A stretch of 64,000 nt of DNA. Origin: Candidatus Hydrogenedentota bacterium. Its GTDB lineage: Bacteria > Hydrogenedentota > Hydrogenedentia > Hydrogenedentales > SLHB01. A program made the position numbers and the translations under genes. The notes beneath the pieces are model-generated. The model saw nothing but the letters and a program-made list of their open reading frames with translations. It did no database searches and was not told the DNA's origin. Shown here piece by piece: positions 60,697-64,000 of this stretch; the stretch's first letter is position 1, and the number at the start of each line of letters is the position of its first letter. The DNA lies in NCBI GenBank assembly GCA_963674865.2, contig CAXXYE010000009.1, positions 832,001 to 896,000 of the forward strand, in the 5' to 3' direction.

Positions 60697-60811
60697 GCAG
60701 CGCCGTAATTGGGCATATTTTGGAGCATGTGGAAGTCGGGGACAGTCCCGTCTCGCCCGCCTGCGGCGGGCTCGCTTGGCACACTCCCCGATTCTCTAGG
60801 CACAGCGCGCA

Positions 60812-62020
60812 ATGACGTTTCTTAGGAAGATACTGGATAGCCAGGCCCGGCACTTCGAGAAGGGCGGGCGATTCCATTTCCTTTACCCGATCTGGGAAGC
60901 GAACGATACGTTTCTATTCAGCACGGGGAGCGTCACGGAAGGGCCTTCCCACATCCGGGATGCCCTCGACTTGAAACGCATGATGATCACGGTGGTGATC
61001 GCGCTGTTTCCGTGCGTTCTCATGGCGTTCTACAACACAGGGCTGCAAGCCAATCTGGCCATCACCTACCACGGGGCGCAGCCGCTCGGCTGGCGGGGGA
61101 CATTGGTAGAGAGCCTCGGCGTGAGTTTCTCGCCGGATAGCCTGCTGGCGTGTCTAGCGCACGGAGCGGTGTTTTATCTGCCCGTTCTGGTGGTGACTTT
61201 TGTTGTGGGGGGCGCGTGGGAGGTCCTTTTCTCCCTCGTTCGCAAGCATGAGATTAACGAGGGCTTTTTGGTGACGGGGATGTTATTCCCCCTGATCATG
61301 CCGCCCACCATTCCTCTTTGGCAGGTGGCGCTTGGGATCACCTTCGGCGTGGTCATTGGGAAGGAGATCTTCGGCGGGACAGGGATGAATATCTGGAATC
61401 CGGCACTGATGGGCCGGGCCTTTCTCTTCTTCGCTTATCCGGCGAACTTCTCGCTGGACAGAATGTGGACGGCCGTGGACGGATACTCGAGTCCCACGTG
61501 GCTCGTGCGTATGGCCAATGAAGGCAAAGAGGTATTGACACACGACCTGGGTTGGTGGAACGCATTCCTCGGCTTCGAGACGGGCACGCTGGGCGAGACC
61601 TCGGCGCTGGCGTGTCTCATCGGCGCCGTGATCCTGATCGCCACCGGGATCGGCTCGTGGCGGATCATGCTTGGCGTATCCCTAGGGACCTTGGCTACGG
61701 CAACGCTGCTGAACGTCGTCGGTTCTCAGACGAACGCGGCCTTCGACGTGCCGTTCTGGTGGCACATGGCTGTCGGAGGCTGGGCTTTCGGCACGGTTTT
61801 CATGGCTACCGATCCTGTCAGCGCGCCCTACACAAACAAGGCGCGGTGGGCTTACGGCTTCCTGATCGGTGTATTGATCGTACTCGTCCGCGTGATCAAC
61901 CCGGCCTTCTCCGGCGGGGTGATGCTTGCGATCCTGCTCATGAACGCCTTCTCGCCGCTGCTCGACCATTTTGTCGTGAGAGCCAATATCAAACGGAGGC
62001 TTGCACGGCATGAGGCATAG
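60812..62020 (+). CDS. nqrB: Na+-NQR subunit B
   Basis: HIRD.LDLKRMM, HEINEGF, KEIFGGTG.N, GETS and FMATDPVS motifs. Confidence 0.96.
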   Translation: MTFLRKILDSQARHFEKGGRFHFLYPIWEANDTFLFSTGSVTEGPSHIRDALDLKRMMITVVIALFPCVLMAFYNTGLQANLAITYHGAQPLGWRGTLVESLGVSFSPDSLLACLAHGAVFYLPVLVVTFVVGGAWEVLFSLVRKHEINEGFLVTGMLFPLIMPPTIPLWQVALGITFGVVIGKEIFGGTGMNIWNPALMGRAFLFFAYPANFSLDRMWTAVDGYSSPTWLVRMANEGKEVLTHDLGWWNAFLGFETGTLGETSALACLIGAVILIATGIGSWRIMLGVSLGTLATATLLNVVGSQTNAAFDVPFWWHMAVGGWAFGTVFMATDPVSAPYTNKARWAYGFLIGVLIVLVRVINPAFSGGVMLAILLMNAFSPLLDHFVVRANIKRRLARHEA

Positions 62021-62759
62021 CACGTGGTACATCTTTGCCTTCGCCGCCGCAACCTGCCTGGTTTGCTCGATCCTCGTGTCCTCGTCGGCGGTTCTGCTGC
62101 GGCCGCTCCAGCACCGCAATGAAGTGCTGTTCAAGAGGAAGAACGTTCTTATGGCGGCGGGGCTCGCATCGCCTGATGAGTCCCTCTCGGCCGCGGAGGT
62201 GGAATCGAGATTCTCGGCGATCACGCCAACTGTTTTGGATATGCGTTCGGGGACACCGGCGGAAGGCGTCGACGCGGCAAACTTCGATGTCGCCGAGCAG
62301 CCTATGTTGCAGGTTCCGCCGAACAAGGCCAAGGTCGCCGGCCTTCCAGAGCAGAGTCTTGTCTATCAGGTAATGAAGGATGGCGACGTGGCGATGATCA
62401 TCTTGCCCGTGGAAGGCAAGGGGCTGTGGTCCACGCTCTACGGTTTTTTGGCGCTTGACGCGCAGACGTTCAAGATTCAGGGGCTCACGTTCTACCAACA
62501 CGGCGAGACGCCGGGCCTAGGCGGGGAAATCGACAATCCGGGCTGGAAGGCCCTGTGGCGGGGCAAGACGGCCTTCGACGAGGATATGAATCCCATCATC
62601 GAAGTCGTCAAGGGCAAGGCCGCCGAGCCCTACGAGGTGGACGGCCTCTCAGGCGCGACAATGACGAGCCGCGGCGTTAGCAACCTGGTGCGCTTCTGGC
62701 TCGGCGAGAACGGCTACGGGCCTTATCTGAAGACACTCGAGGCCGCGAGAAAAGGATAA
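62010..62759 (+). CDS. nqrC: Na+-NQR subunit C
   Basis: [27 protein letters not shown] attachment motif. Confidence 0.96.
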   Translation: MRHSTWYIFAFAAATCLVCSILVSSSAVLLRPLQHRNEVLFKRKNVLMAAGLASPDESLSAAEVESRFSAITPTVLDMRSGTPAEGVDAANFDVAEQPMLQVPPNKAKVAGLPEQSLVYQVMKDGDVAMIILPVEGKGLWSTLYGFLALDAQTFKIQGLTFYQHGETPGLGGEIDNPGWKALWRGKTAFDEDMNPIIEVVKGKAAEPYEVDGLSGATMTSRGVSNLVRFWLGENGYGPYLKTLEAARKG

Positions 62760-63382
62760 TGGGCAAGCTCAAGAAAACACTCATCGAGCCGGTGTTCGAC
62801 AACAATCCCATCGGCCTGCAGATCCTCGGCGTTTGCTCGGCCTTGGCGGTGACGACCAAGCTCCAGACGGCGTTGACGATGAGCATTGCCCTCACCATTG
62901 TGACGGCGCTCTCGAGCTGCTTCATCAGCATGCTGCGGAACCGCACGCCGCAGAGCATTCGCATGATCATCCAGATGACGATCATCTCCTCGTTGGTGAT
63001 TGTCACCGATCAGGTGCTGAAGGCTTTTGTGCCGGATATCAGCCGCCAGTTGAGCGTGTTCGTCGGATTGATCATCACGAACTGCATCGTGCTGGGCCGG
63101 GCGGAAGGCTACGCGATGCAAAATCCGCCTTTGGCCAGCTTCGTCGACGGCATCGGCAACGGCCTCGGCTACAGCATGGTGCTCATGCTGGTTGCCTCCA
63201 TCCGTGAGTTGTTCGGATTGGGCTCGCTCTTCGGCTACCAGGTGCTGCCGCTTGCTTCCGAAGGCGGATGGTATCCGCAAAACGGCCTCATGGTGCTGTC
63301 TCCGGCGGCATTCTTCATCATTGGCCTGTCCATCTGGGCGCTGCGCACCTGGAAGACGGAACAGGTCGGGTCGGAGGATTGA
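62759..63382 (+). CDS. nqrD: Na+-NQR subunit D
   Basis: [32 protein letters not shown]. Confidence 0.96.
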   Translation: MGKLKKTLIEPVFDNNPIGLQILGVCSALAVTTKLQTALTMSIALTIVTALSSCFISMLRNRTPQSIRMIIQMTIISSLVIVTDQVLKAFVPDISRQLSVFVGLIITNCIVLGRAEGYAMQNPPLASFVDGIGNGLGYSMVLMLVASIRELFGLGSLFGYQVLPLASEGGWYPQNGLMVLSPAAFFIIGLSIWALRTWKTEQVGSED

Positions 63383-63387
63383 TGCCC

Positions 63388-64000
<613 letters not shown>

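Overview
GC-rich bacterial chromosomal window (by eye about 60-65% GC, not computed). It is densely coding, with about 55 genes. I saw no rRNA, tRNA, CRISPR array, integrase or transposase. The LPS export genes lptF/lptG and a GT9 glycosyltransferase indicate a diderm host. The pilin type, DxDGDG-repeat secreted protein and sugar-catabolic load suggest a lineage such as Candidatus Hydrogenedentes (inference only). Content falls into five groups. (1) Sugar catabolism: a GH106-like fragment, two Gfo/Idh/MocA oxidoreductases, two TIM-barrel epimerases, sugar ABC components, a sulfatase, L-rhamnose isomerase and a GH172/DUF2961 protein. (2) Core metabolism: glyA, a fused 2-oxoacid dehydrogenase E1, glmS, surE, proBA and nadD. 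(3) Envelope: WecA-like, LptFG, GT39, GT9 and a type IV pilin. (4) Information processing: rpsD, mfd, lexA, nikR and rplU-rpmA-obgE. (5) An HcpR-ferredoxin-hcp nitrosative-stress module and the start of a Na+-NQR operon (nqrABCDE). I cannot support a wholly new multi-gene system here. The most novel signals are regulatory and small-gene features. These are a perfect ATCTGAAA-N4-TTTCAGAT candidate SOS box at lexA, a sigma54 promoter plus palindromic enhancer at the pilin, an FNR-type box at exactly -41.5 of the hcp operon, several leaderless or near-leaderless promoters, an unannotated 36-aa membrane peptide with its own promoter, and a terminator-like leader on rplU. An ~1100-aa multidomain secreted protein is also unusual.
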